Both the position numbers and the translations under genes were made by a program. Under the pieces are notes generated by a model. The model had not been told where the DNA came from and did not search any database. It was given only the letters and a program-made list of their open reading frames with translations. A stretch of DNA of 64,000 bases from Chrysomallon squamiferum (Eukaryota; Animalia; Mollusca): the NCBI GenBank assembly GCA_012295275.1, contig CM022670.1, positions 40,424,001 to 40,488,000 of the forward strand. Reading direction: 5' to 3'. This document shows, in pieces, positions 52,546 through 64,000 of this stretch. Each line of letters starts with the position of its first letter. The first letter of the stretch is position 1.

Positions 52546-54561
52546 TTTTTTTTCTCTCAGTCAGCCGATGTTCATTTTCGCCGACAACAAGGAAGGCAGA
52601 GCTTCAAGAGCGAGAGTGAAATCATCAACAGCATCGGTCCTTCGCTCCTCACCAAAATCAAATCAATGGCGCGCAACCACAAGAGGCGGAAAACCACGGA
52701 CGTCTACCAGTCTGAAAACGTCGTCAAAAGCATCGCAAAGAAAGACGCTGACGTCGGTGCGGACGAGCTTGACGTTGCTGCGGACAAGGAGTACACGGAA
52801 TGGAACGACAGGGAGGCCGAGTCGGTCGATGGTGACGTCCCGCAGGAGCTCAACGTCCACAAACTGTTGGCGTACACGGCGCTGGCCCCCGCGGCCACGG
52901 ATCTGAAACGAGGCTCTGAATCGAGAAGAGCGAAGAACAAGGTTAAACAAGTTTACTAGTGTTTCTAATTTCTTTGCCGGCCGGTCCGTAATGATTTAAA
53001 ATTTTGTTTATGTGAAACGTTTCAGCTTTATTTTTATTTTTCATAAAACGAGCCGTGCGTAATTTCTGAGTAATTTCAAGTCTCAAATGATTCCCAAATT
53101 ATATTTATATAATGGTGATGATGATGATAATGATTATTTATTTGTTTATTTATTTATTATTAGTATTATTAACGGAAACATTCATAATTTTTAGAGAAAA
53201 AGGGATCCATTTATGGGATGTTTTCACCATAAACATAAAACCATTGATAGGCCTACAAATATAGGATAATATCTTTAATAATAGTAGTAGTGGTAGTAGT
53301 AGTAAAATCCCGATAGATAAGCATTAAAAATCACATTATATGGGCAACATTTCTTTTGTTTTCTTAACAGATAATAGATACATTCATGAAAATCACACCA
53401 AAACCCGATAATATTTTTAACTTTCAGGGTGTGACTATATCGGACAGACAAAATGAAGAGATTATTGTGGAAGACTTGGAAGATAACGTTTCTAGAAAAC
53501 ACGCTGGAGGTTACGTATCAGAGACACTGGAGAGATTTAAGGTAAACTGTCGCAGCTGAAATTTATATATTTATCTACATTCACCGTTTGATAGACTTTC
53601 CTTAAAAGAGGAAAAAAAAAAAAATTCCCGGCCGACGGCAGCCAGTTCTTTGATAAAACTAAGGTTCTGTTTGTGCAGGGAATTTAAAAAAATTATTCAT
53701 TCGATCATGTATTCATTTTAAACAACATATCGTAGCAGTGCGTGCGTGAGTGCGTGAGTGCGTGCGTGCGTGTGTGACATCTCATTACTGGTATGCCTTC
53801 ATGTTTGTGTAGTGTAAGCAGATTGGCTATTACCGACACCTACAATAAAAACAGAAATGATTTGGCGTTGAATTAAAGGATTACAGTTAGATGATTACAT
53901 AATAACATTTGGCAGAAGCAAGTTAGACTTAAGAAAGCACGATTATGTTTATTTGTGGTTTATTCGTCTAATGAATAATAAACAATGCCTACACACACAC
54001 ACACAGTCACACAGACTCAGACAAACGCACACACACGTGTTTATATACGTTGTTTATTACTCGTTTTACTATGTACAAAACACAGGACCGCTCCAAGGTG
54101 TTCACGATAGACAACCACGAGGTGACGCCAAACATGAAGATTCGAACTCACGGACACAGGGAGGACGAAGACGACGTTGCCGGACACACGGACAACGTCT
54201 TGCAGCGCATCCACAAGAAGCCCAGACTGGCGTTTCAGTTTCCCGACATTCAGCAGATTGAGAACATGAGCTCAGACGCTCAGCTTAGGCGAAGACTTGG
54301 CGAGGACCGCTGGAGAAGGTTGCTGGAGGAACTGTACCCTGACAAGAAGTATATGGATTATGCACAAGGCAAGTATTTTTATATATATTTATGTTTATAG
54401 GCATGGCCGTAACTAGACTGTTTTTGAAATGAAGCAAAAATACTTAATCGAAATGAAAAAACATTTGTATATAAAAATTCAAAAAAAAAATCTTCAATTT
54501 CTGTCAAAGTAGTTACGGCCATGATGGGTATAATCTTTCGTCTTGGACTAGTGACGGTGTA

Positions 54562-54609
<48 letters not shown>

Positions 54610-55050
54610 TCTAAATAGAATAAAACAAGCAAACAAGCAAACAAACAAAACAAACAAATAAAAAACAAATAAATAAATAAATAAAGTCATTGCCTCTGTT
54701 GTTGATATTGTTGTTTTATCGATAATGTAATTGTTCAGAAGTTACTGTTGTTATGTTATCTTATGATATTTAAATTAAGTTAATTTTCCTGTTTCAAACA
54801 CACAGACACAAGCAGGCCAACAGAAGACTACCTCTTCAAGAAAACCGCGCAGGGACTGAACTATTTATACAACCGCGCGGAATTCTGGGACAAACAAGAG
54901 CCGATATCTCGACCTCAGACAACAGCGCGGTGTTCTCGCGCCAAAAGCTCGCGATCTGTGCGGAAGTCACGTGTATCGTCTGCTGGAATTTCTAGACACA
55001 AGAGTCTGAGCGCCAGACAATATTCCCAGGACGAATCCGAGATTTTATGA
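46591..55050 (+). CDS. Uncharacterised type I membrane protein, paralog B (same ectodomain, long charged cytoplasmic tail), 15 exons, ~799 aa
   Basis: Exons 46591-46648, 47119-47284, 47772-47875, 48343-48468, 48800-48979, 49382-49497, 50143-50263, 50594-50605, 50955-51334, 51831-51869, 52075-52149, 52561-52941, 53428-53541, 54086-54368 and 54806-55050 sum to 2400 nt in phase. Sequence: signal peptide MFGISFTKIFAIFLCIVTT; VCTFPANLDGIF..LDC..YFCWDI..EIC..TCP..EC..DGC..LC..VYCL..TYRYTCH..QHPQKC..SACT; TM WITGVAVVVPLVVILLVILLSLCYYTY followed by RR. The tail exons are less certain than the ectodomain exons. Confidence 0.78.
47856..48010 (+). repeat. Triplicated exon end and donor site of paralog B exon 3
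   Basis: CTTCTATGATGGATCAA|GTATAT (donor after 47875), CTTCTACGATAGGTCAA|GTATGT (after 47944) and CTTCTATGATGGATCAA|GTATAT (after 47997). Confidence 0.9.
50594..50605 (+). other. 12-nt microexon (completes S-A-C-T) of paralog B
   Basis: ttatttttCAG|GTGCTTGTACCA|GTAAGT, phase 1-1. Confidence 0.85.
54369..54805 (+). other. Probable GC-AG intron (last intron of paralog B)
   Basis: CAAG|GCAAGT matches the donor consensus apart from GC. Its phase 1 matches acacag|AC ACA AGC, which stays open to TGA at 55050. Confidence 0.6.
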
Positions 55051-55617
55051 ATGTTCCGATGTGATATGTAAAATAGAATTTTCTTATTTTTTAAAATTTA
55101 ATTATATAAACAAGGCCATGTGAGATAAAATGTTCATTATGCTTTAAAGGTAAAACACTGATTGAAATCACTGATGACAAATCAGACATCGGTAATTAAT
55201 AACTGTTTAATGACCTTCACCTTTAAAGAGCTAGTGTTTCTTTTCAAAATCAAGGTCACTGGTGTTTTCTAATTTTAATTTGTTATGTCGGCAACTCTTG
55301 TATGGAGGTTGTAATGGAAAAATAAATAAATAAAAATAATAATAATAAAAAATTAATAATTTCACCAAAAAGACTCCAACAAGAATATGTGTGTGTGCGT
55401 CATATCTGCATGCATGTTTATATGTGGTCTTCTTCAAGCTTTATTATAATTATAATTATAATTATTATTATTTAAAAATATATTTTAATTTAAATTGATT
55501 ATGTATAAACAAATGTTTATTATAATTGTTATACAGTATCGACAACAACAAAAATTATTTGTATTATTTTGAGCGATAATCAGTCAAAGTAATACAAATA
55601 GTTTTTTTTTCACACAC

Positions 55618-55659
<42 letters not shown>

Positions 55660-56542
55660 GTACACGAATGCATTTGTTATAAAATAAATTATTTGTAAAT
55701 AATTTTCTGTTTGTGTTACTCCTGAGTGCTTTTCAAATGTCATTTATTTCTATTCTTTTTATTTGGATTTCTGACATCTATTATCGTATTTTCATTCTTA
55801 TCGCCATTTTTAGTTTGTCATAAATTATTACATCTGTTGTAAAGAACAAAGAAATTTTTCTGATCATATAAAATGATTAATGTATGTTCGTGTGTTTGTG
55901 TTTACGTACGTGTATTTTGCAGTGAGGAAATAGGAATTTATGGCTTCGTTATATATGATTGCTTTTTGTATATTTGTTTTCATTAAACGATTTGGTTTAT
56001 TCACTGCTCGAAAGAAGGGAACTGTAGTGCACATTAACCTGTAGATATTTGCTGACTCGCTGTATATAATGTACATAATGTACATAATGTTTTTGTGAAT
56101 TTTATATCGATTGACAATAAAAACTTTAAGATTTGAGAGTATGTTTTTGGTTTTCTTTTGATAAAGATATATCCATCGATTCTCTTAAGTAACTGTTTTA
56201 TTATTTTTTAAACAAAATTTAAACGTATTTATAGAAAAATTCTAGATAAGTCAAACTCGGTTCTGTAAGTTACTCTTATTATGAACATTAAACAATCTTT
56301 GACGTAGGAATTCACACTGTAATCGTACAGAACTCGTTAAAATGGGAAAAGCCAGAAAGCTCTTACTACTACTACTACTACTACTACTAATACTACTAAT
56401 AATAATAATAATAATAAATAATAATAATAATTGTAATAATAAAATAATAATAGTAATAATAATTTACCCAGTTTTAGAATTTATAAACAAAAAGAAAAAT
56501 CGGTCCCAAAGACCAAAAATAAATAAATAAATTAATTAATTA

Positions 56543-56582
<40 letters not shown>

Positions 56583-56993
56583 GGATCTTTGATTATGGAT
56601 ACAATGCAAACAATAAAATGAACAACCAAAAAAGGATAGAAAAAAAGAAGAATTAAAAACCATACAATACATACACACGCACCAAACATACACACGCAAT
56701 AAAAAAAAAAAAAAAAAAGGTCAGATTTGTTCATACTAGACACGAAAATATGCTCAGATCCGTATAAATATTATACTAATGACAAATATTATTTCTCAGC
56801 TGTTCCTCACTTTTGTTTTACTGTATTCTAGTAATCATGTTTAAACTGATACCAGGTTAGTAGTTAATTGTGACTGAACCAGCGAGATGAATAATAGTAA
56901 TTAACTGAGTATTATCGTCATTCTTGATAATAATTTATACATGTATCGTATTAATGTCTCAAACACTATAAAATACATAATACATCGTTTTAC

Positions 56994-57031
<38 letters not shown>

Positions 57032-58342
57032 TATGGTTAAATCAGTTTGGTGGGTTTAATTATTAATTCTTTTTTTTTGTATTTTTTTAAACCAAGACCA
57101 TAAGCCGCCATTTGTTTTGAATATCTGCCATCATGTGCAACATGTCTGACTCTTTAGTTAAAAGAAAACACAAAAGGTTATATTCTGAAAGAGACATCAG
57201 TTTTTTAAAATATCGTTCGAAGTTAAGTTTTCATTATTAAACAAACAATTAAAAAACGTATTCATTATAACGAATCAATTTCTTTTATTCCGCATTATTT
57301 ACATTTCATATTATAGTTTCACTCCATAAAAATGTATAAATATTTACAATGTAAAAATAAATAATTTGTGATTTCTTACAATGGACAATGATAAATAAAT
57401 ACATGTATACGTATAAGGAAAACTTGAAGTACTGGCAAATGTAAATTGTAAGTCAAATTAACATATTCAGAATAATACACATACTTTAAAACTCGTATGA
57501 TAAATATTTATTTCATACCGTACATGTACTCAAAACAGACAAAGGAACATGTGGTTTTCTATGCAGTTATAAAATATATCACAGAAAGTTCAATAATGTA
57601 TACATGTACGAATACACAGCACAAATAAATACGAATGTTTTTGAAATTCCATTCCAAATTCCTTTCCGAAATAAATAAATATGTATGTATGTATGTACAA
57701 AAAAAATAAAAAAATAATTTCTAAATGGAAAGTGAATATCCAAAGAATAGCTGATAATCTTGTTATGGAAACTCAGATACACAGTAAGACAGACAGACAA
57801 ACCGATAATCAATGTAACACACAGCGAACACCACTGTTATTGTTGTTGTTGTTATTGTTTTGTTTGTTTGTTTTACTAATCAGTGTTTTGATTACTTTTT
57901 TTCCTCTTTTGAAGGTTATATTCTTAACCAAACCCATTGTTTTCAAAACCTAATCATTGCGTGTAGTCTATACTGTTATTTAGATAGTGTTTTACGATAT
58001 TCACCCATCCATGAATAAATAGACATATTTTTTCAGTTTTGAAAAATGAAAAGGACACTTTTTAAATCTATTATAATTCTATGAATGCTTATTTTCCTTT
58101 TCAGTTTCAGGCAGTATAACATGCTCATGGAATTTAATTAAAAAAAAAAAAAAAAAAAAAGTAAAAAATAAACATATATATATATATATGTTAAATGAAT
58201 CATGATTTCTTTTGCTTGCATTGTTGTTTTTAAAATATATTTATATTTACTCAGAAATATTAATTTAAAAAATTAAAAGGTAAATAAATAAGTATGCAAA
58301 TATGTGTGTTTAAAAAATAAAATAAAAATGATTTCATATTGA

Positions 58343-59281
58343 TTACAGTTTGTCTGCCTTTTCCTGCCAGATCTGTCCCAGTTTCCAAAGGTTTGACACT
58401 TTGGACCACACGTCCTCATCGACAGCTGGTTTGGGTTCTAGCCACAGTTTCGTTCTCTCTCGGTCAAGGAAAGGGAACTCTGGTTGCTCTTTAATCGTAT
58501 CAGTCTGAACCTACAAGGATAATAATAACGAGAATTATTTTACATTTTCTCTCATTATTCAGTGGATTTGGAAAGAAAAACACATTATAGAGACTTTTTG
58601 TCTTTCTTATTCCCCCCTTTCTATTATTTATTTATTTATTTATTCTTGACTGTTTTATGGATCTTAACAATTTCTGAAATGTTCCCATAAACGGATTTGG
58701 ATTCAAATACTGATAGAAATAAAGAAATTTTTAAATTTGTTGTAATTACAGAAGCTGGAAAGAGAGAGCGAGAGAAAAATTACATTGAATGATTTAAAAT
58801 ATTTTCTCTATCATTCAAAGAAGCTATTTAATTTTTGTTTATTTTTATTATTATTATTATTTTTTTTATTATAGTTATTCTTTCAGATTATAACGATGTA
58901 TTACAAATTCAATATTTTTAACGTCGATTTAAAAATAATTTCCTTGTAAGTTCAGTTCATGTAAAACAGAAATGTAAAGTCAAATGTTCCTTTAAATAAA
59001 AACACTGGTTATAAAGTACAATAGCACTCGTGGTTAAAATCAGTTCATAGATAATATAAACAACACACTGCGTATAAAAACAGCAATAATCAATACTAGC
59101 CAAAACAACCGTGCAATACATCGTTATAATTAATATAGGTTTTATTTATTTCAAATATATATATATAAAAAAAAAGTAAAGAAAAAATCTGATTCATAAA
59201 TTTCCTAAGCATTATTTTATGCTGGGGTAGAATTATAGTAAAGTATTAAAATCTAGTGTTGGTAAAGTTAATAATTAGCAC

Positions 59282-59342
<61 letters not shown>

Positions 59343-62300
59343 TTCTTCAGTTAGTCCGTATAATTCAGTTGTTTAAAATTTATTTTGAGGAACGTCTGTT
59401 CGACTGCTGATTTTGTCCGAAACTCTGTTTCCTGTTTCCGGTCGATCTAGAACTCGTTGGAATTCCTCGCTCGTGATAATCAAACGACTCGGGACTTCGC
59501 GAATCAAAATGAGCGTGAACGAGCTGCTCGACTTCCGCTTGGACCCGGCCTCGGCTTGGTGCCGTTTGGTTCTGGTGATGTCTCGTGTACAGAATGATCG
59601 GCTTCGTCAAGAAAACCCAGAACTTAATGAGTCGGTTTTTCATCCCGGGTCTCGTCTGCGACTTCGATCGAGATTGTGACGCGGCTCTTCTCGTCGTTCC
59701 AGAATCCGGGGGCTGCGTTCGAACCCTGTTCCTGCTTTTTCTCGAAGATGCTCGATCGTCTTCCAGGTACCTCCCGTCTCCCGAACTGGGGGTCAGAGAC
59801 CTGGGGCGGTGTCGGATGGGCGGGGTCACCGACCTTGACCTGCTTCCCGACTTAGCTACCGTTCCGAACGTTTGTGACTGGTTGGGAGCCTCGATTGGAT
59901 TCCATTCGCTGATTCCAGAATACGGGTTACCGTGGTATTGTCCGTCTTGTCTGTCGGTTTGGGACCAAGGGTAGCAGATGGCTTTTATGTCTTCGCGAGG
60001 TGTTACTTGATAGTGCGGCTGATAACTGTCCTCTACGTACGGAGTCGGGTCTCTACTTACACTAGTTTTGCTGTCTGCTGCACTCTCGAGGTCAACCACT
60101 TCCATCACGACGTCACGCATCCGTCCACCTTTCGGGTTGGCAAGCAGCGCAGGGATGTCCACCCGGGTCACTTTGATGGGCGTGGCTGGGGGTACGTAGA
60201 AATCGTCTTCGTCGTCCTGTGTAAAGTAATTTATTAAAACCATCAGGAATAGTAATAATTATTTTAAATTATGTATGAATAATATATAATGCTTTGTGGA
60301 TGAGTGTCATTATGTTAAAATTCAGTACAATACACTGAGGATTTGTCCTATATTTGCAGGATACCAAGCATTTTTAAAAGACATTGCTAGCTCTTTAACA
60401 AAAATATAGTAGACTTTTAGTTCTACCTTCTTGTCAGTAAATTGAAACTAACTGACTTTTTACGTGATTATTCAAAATTTATCAAATAAAATAGGATTCC
60501 AGGTATTTTTCTTCTGATATGATGTAACGCTGATCCAAGAATTTAATTGAACTGTCTCACATTTCGTCACAGTTTTTCCTACACACTGAGCAGTGACTTC
60601 GGTTACTTACAGTTTCTTTAGCTTCTTTTGGTATTCGACTTTTGGAAACCCTCTTCACCATCTGTTTTTTGTCATCGGAAGTCTTCTTCAGCTGACGAAC
60701 GGGAATCGGTTTATTGCGCTTCATAGCTGCACCATTCTCAGCCTGCAATAAAATACCCTCTTTAAAAACAGAAACTACGCAACACTGAACTGTCAGATAA
60801 CAGTGTTGAAAAATTTAGCCTGTATGTACGTATATAAAACATTTGAGCAAAATGTAGACAAACAGGTCGCAAACCCCCCTCAGAAAAGAAAAAAGAAACA
60901 AACAACAACAAAGAAAGAAAGAAAGAAAGAAAGAAAAGAAAAGAAAAGAAGAAAGAAAGAAAAAAAAAAAAAAAAAAAAAAAAAAATTATTTCTTATTCT
61001 TTAACCACAGACTTTTCTCTCGACTGACTGAAAACAGCCTAAATAATCGAGATATTTTAAACTTTTATTCATCTATTTTACTTGTACAGTAAATGAAACA
61101 AGCGCACACCTGCTGGACGGGCTCTGACACTTGTCCCTGTTTGTTCTGAGGAAAAATGCGGTTGTTGATGTTGCTAGACGTTCTGACGAGTTTTCCTTTT
61201 GCTCCTCCGGATCCGTCTTCCACGATGGGAGGAAGATGCTGACCTTCCACGGCCTTCGCGCGCTGACCTCCGCCTCTCTGCGAATCCGCGATGCTTGGCG
61301 CTTTGCCAGGAACTTCTCCTGTCTGGAGCAAACGTCTTCTTCTTTCGCCCGACGTACGTGCCGATTTGGTCGTTCACGCTTCCCGGATGTATGCCGATCA
61401 CGTGATACGTCTGAGCTTTGTTTTCTTCCATGAAGTCGGCTTCGCCTTCTCGACTCGGGGGTACGGAGACGTTGAGGACCACGGACCTGCTGGTCAGCGG
61501 TCGTCCTTCGACTCCGTCGATACCGTCAACCACGTCAGGTCGAGCGGTTTTCTGCGCATGCTCCGCGTTGCCACGTGCTTTCTCTTCGTGCTTCTTCTGC
61601 TGCCTCCACAGGACGAGTACAAAGGCAATGACTAGTAAAATGATTATTACTATGGCGAAGAAAACTGACAGCCCAATTACGGCGGCAGTCGATATGCCCA
61701 TTCTAGTCAAAGCTGCAGAACAAGAAGAACAAAACTGTTTGACAGACGTTTTTCAACATGTAATTAACGATTCATTTCTATAATAGTTTTCAAATGTCTG
61801 GTCCCATATGATAAAACAATAATTACAGCGCATGTTATTTCAGTTTGTAAATAGGAATTAGCCATTATGGGGACGTGATTAAGTCAAAATAATGTATTAA
61901 ACTGGTAATTTTCACAATACTAAATAGCGTTTCGAATGTCTGTTAGAAAATAAACGTTGTATTTGCTGTAATAAGCTTAACCAGAAAAGCGTAGATTCAG
62001 TTACTGTGTCTTTTTATAATTATTTGTATTTCAAGATTATGTTCAGCAGTTTAAAAAGGTAAAAGTTTTATTTAACAATAAGCGTTCAGTCAGTTATCTG
62101 AAATATGTGTGTTTGCCACTTTTACAAATATTAATTTTATTATGTTTTAGTATTAAAGAAAGTATAACGTATACACAGTCGAGCAAGTTTTCATCATTTG
62201 TGGTTAAAGAAAAGAAAGAGGTTATTTGGCAGAGATAATAAAAACAACAACAACAACAAGTATAACAACAAGAAGAAAATCTCAATACAAAATAAAGCAT

Positions 62301-63316
62301 GAAAATACTTACGACAGGAATCTGAAAAAAAAATTAAAATTAAATTTTTGTGCTAGACATAATCATAATTAATAAAAATGTAAAATAATAATTCATTATG
62401 ACATATATCTAAGCGAAAGAAATAATAAGAATAAATATGTAATGCTAATTATATATATTTTTTAATTTGGTGATATTAACGTATAATGTTGTTGTTTTTT
62501 TTTTGTTGAATTTCTTAAATTTTCGAGATGTCTGGCTTATCTAATAAAAATGTGAAAAGTGAATAAAGATGGACAAAAAAAAAAAATCAAAGATAAATTA
62601 ATTTAAACGGCATTAAAATGTTAAATTAGTAAAAGCAAATATATTCTAATTACGACTAATGTATTAAAAATCTGAAAATATATGTAATAATTTTATAGTG
62701 AAATGCCTAGCTATACATAAAATTTTTTCCAAAAATTCAAGACTCGTTAAAAAAAAAAAATAATAATGAAAATTTTTAAATAATTAGAAATTAAAAAAGT
62801 TAATAAAATAATGAGGAAAAAAAAAAAATTTACGAAATAAAAATGATTAGTTACATATAGTTTAATCTAAAAGTTATTTACTTGTGCTAGTCAACATTAG
62901 TGTTGCCCCTGGTGACATGACTGACGTCGACGTTTGATTGTCGATACAGAAACTCGGGTACTGCGACATCAGTACTGTTGTACCTGATCTCGTATACACC
63001 TGTAAAACAAAACTTTATTAGTTTTAACAAGCAGAAGTACAAAAAGAAAGAATTTATGTAACAGATATTTATATTGAAAGGTCGACATAGTAATACATAT
63101 ATTCTTAACGAACTGTTCATGAGTAAAATAAAATACACAACAAAAGGTTTATATGTAATAGCAGTTTGTTTTAAACCAAATGATACTGAATTGTTGACGT
63201 AGCAATATATATATTTATAACGAACTGTTCATGAATAAAATAAAACACACAACAAAAAGTTTATATGTAATAGAAATTTGTTTTAAACAAAATAATACTG
63301 AAGTTGTGACATGGCA

Positions 63317-63347
<31 letters not shown>

Positions 63348-63722
63348 TGTATATATTCTTAACGAATTATTCGTGTTTAAATAAATAAAAACCACGGTCA
63401 ATCAGTCTACAGGATTTACGTTTATTGTAAAATACTTGTCTGTTGTGCGATTGTTTCCCCACTGGTTCGATATTTCTCATTCAACACATTCATTTTGGCT
63501 CCACAAACACATCAATAAGCACGATTCTGCCTCTAGAGTGGTTATTATACAAGAAGATCCTGTGCGTTTTAAATGATTGATTTTTGACGTAGCTGAAATT
63601 ACGTACCATGCACGTGTATCTGAACGTAGAGCTTCCGTCAATCGTAGAGTCGGTGTTGTACAGAGTGACGTACGTACTGTCGCCGCTCGTGACGCTGTAC
63701 ACACACAGCAACACACCCGTGG
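58343..63722 (-). CDS. Uncharacterised type I membrane protein, paralog C (3' part; upstream exons lie beyond the right edge; contains a frame break)
   Basis: Exons are 63722-63607 (TGVLLCVYSVTSGDSTYVTLYNTDSTIDGSSTFRYTCM), 62999-62882 (..SQYPSFCIDNQTSTSVMSPG..), 62321-62313, 61712-61110 (TM AAVIGLSVFFAIVIIILLVIAFVLVLW then RQQKK), 60742-60611, 60216-59380 (own stop) and a further terminal exon 58510-58343. Homology to exons 6-9 of A and B is clear. The TM frame stops at 61174, while the downstream exons need the +1 frame. Confidence 0.72.
62313..62321 (-). other. 9-nt microexon (completes N-S-C) of paralog C
   Basis: tttttttTCAG|ATTCCTGTC|GTAAGT, phase 1-1. Confidence 0.85.
63100..63370. repeat. 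~112-bp tandem duplication in a paralog C intron
   Basis: TAACGAACTGTTCATGA..ACACAACAAAA..TTTATATGTAATAG..TTTGTTTTAAAC..ATACTGAA occurs at ~63106 and ~63218, with a partial third start near 63360. Confidence 0.85.
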
Positions 63723-64000
63723 CTGCAACAGAAGCAGAAACATGAGATTTATTTCAGCAGTATTCAGTTATTATTATTATTATTTTTATTTTTTTATTTT
63801 TTATTATTATTATTTTTTTTTTTTTTATTTTATTATTATTTTATTTTTTAATTATATATTTTTTTATATCTTCAATTTCATTTTTAATATATAAATCTTC
63901 TGAAATTTGAAAACTTTTTTTATTTTGAATTCTTTCTTTTTTCTTTCCTTTTCTTTCTTTCTTTTTTTCCTTTCATTTTTTCCTTTTTTACGTATTTCTT

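Overview
AT-rich, microsatellite-dense animal genomic DNA. It is probably lophotrochozoan or mollusc-like, which is an inference from gene sequences and composition. I built all gene models by hand from splice sites and reading phases. The left half (1-33 kb) is CpG-poor and holds four conserved multi-exon housekeeping genes in two head-to-head pairs: GAK (minus, 5' part) with PRKCSH (plus, complete), and TM2D1 (minus, complete) with AMDHD2 (plus, complete). GAK and TM2D1 each carry a U12-type (minor spliceosome) intron. The right half (35-64 kb) has CpG-rich exons and holds three paralogous, uncharacterised type I membrane-protein genes (A minus, B plus, C minus and 5'-truncated). They share exon phases and a Cys-rich ectodomain (12 Cys in A and B) resembling DUF7044/DUF7042 modules. 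Each has a 9-12 nt Cys-encoding microexon just before the transmembrane exon, and their cytoplasmic tails are unrelated. A tRNA-Asn(GTT) gene and an intronless COX20 lie between A and B. Other features include a 33-copy 35-bp minisatellite, a decayed MITE-like element, several local duplications that copy splice sites, a probable GC-AG intron, and a frame break in gene C.
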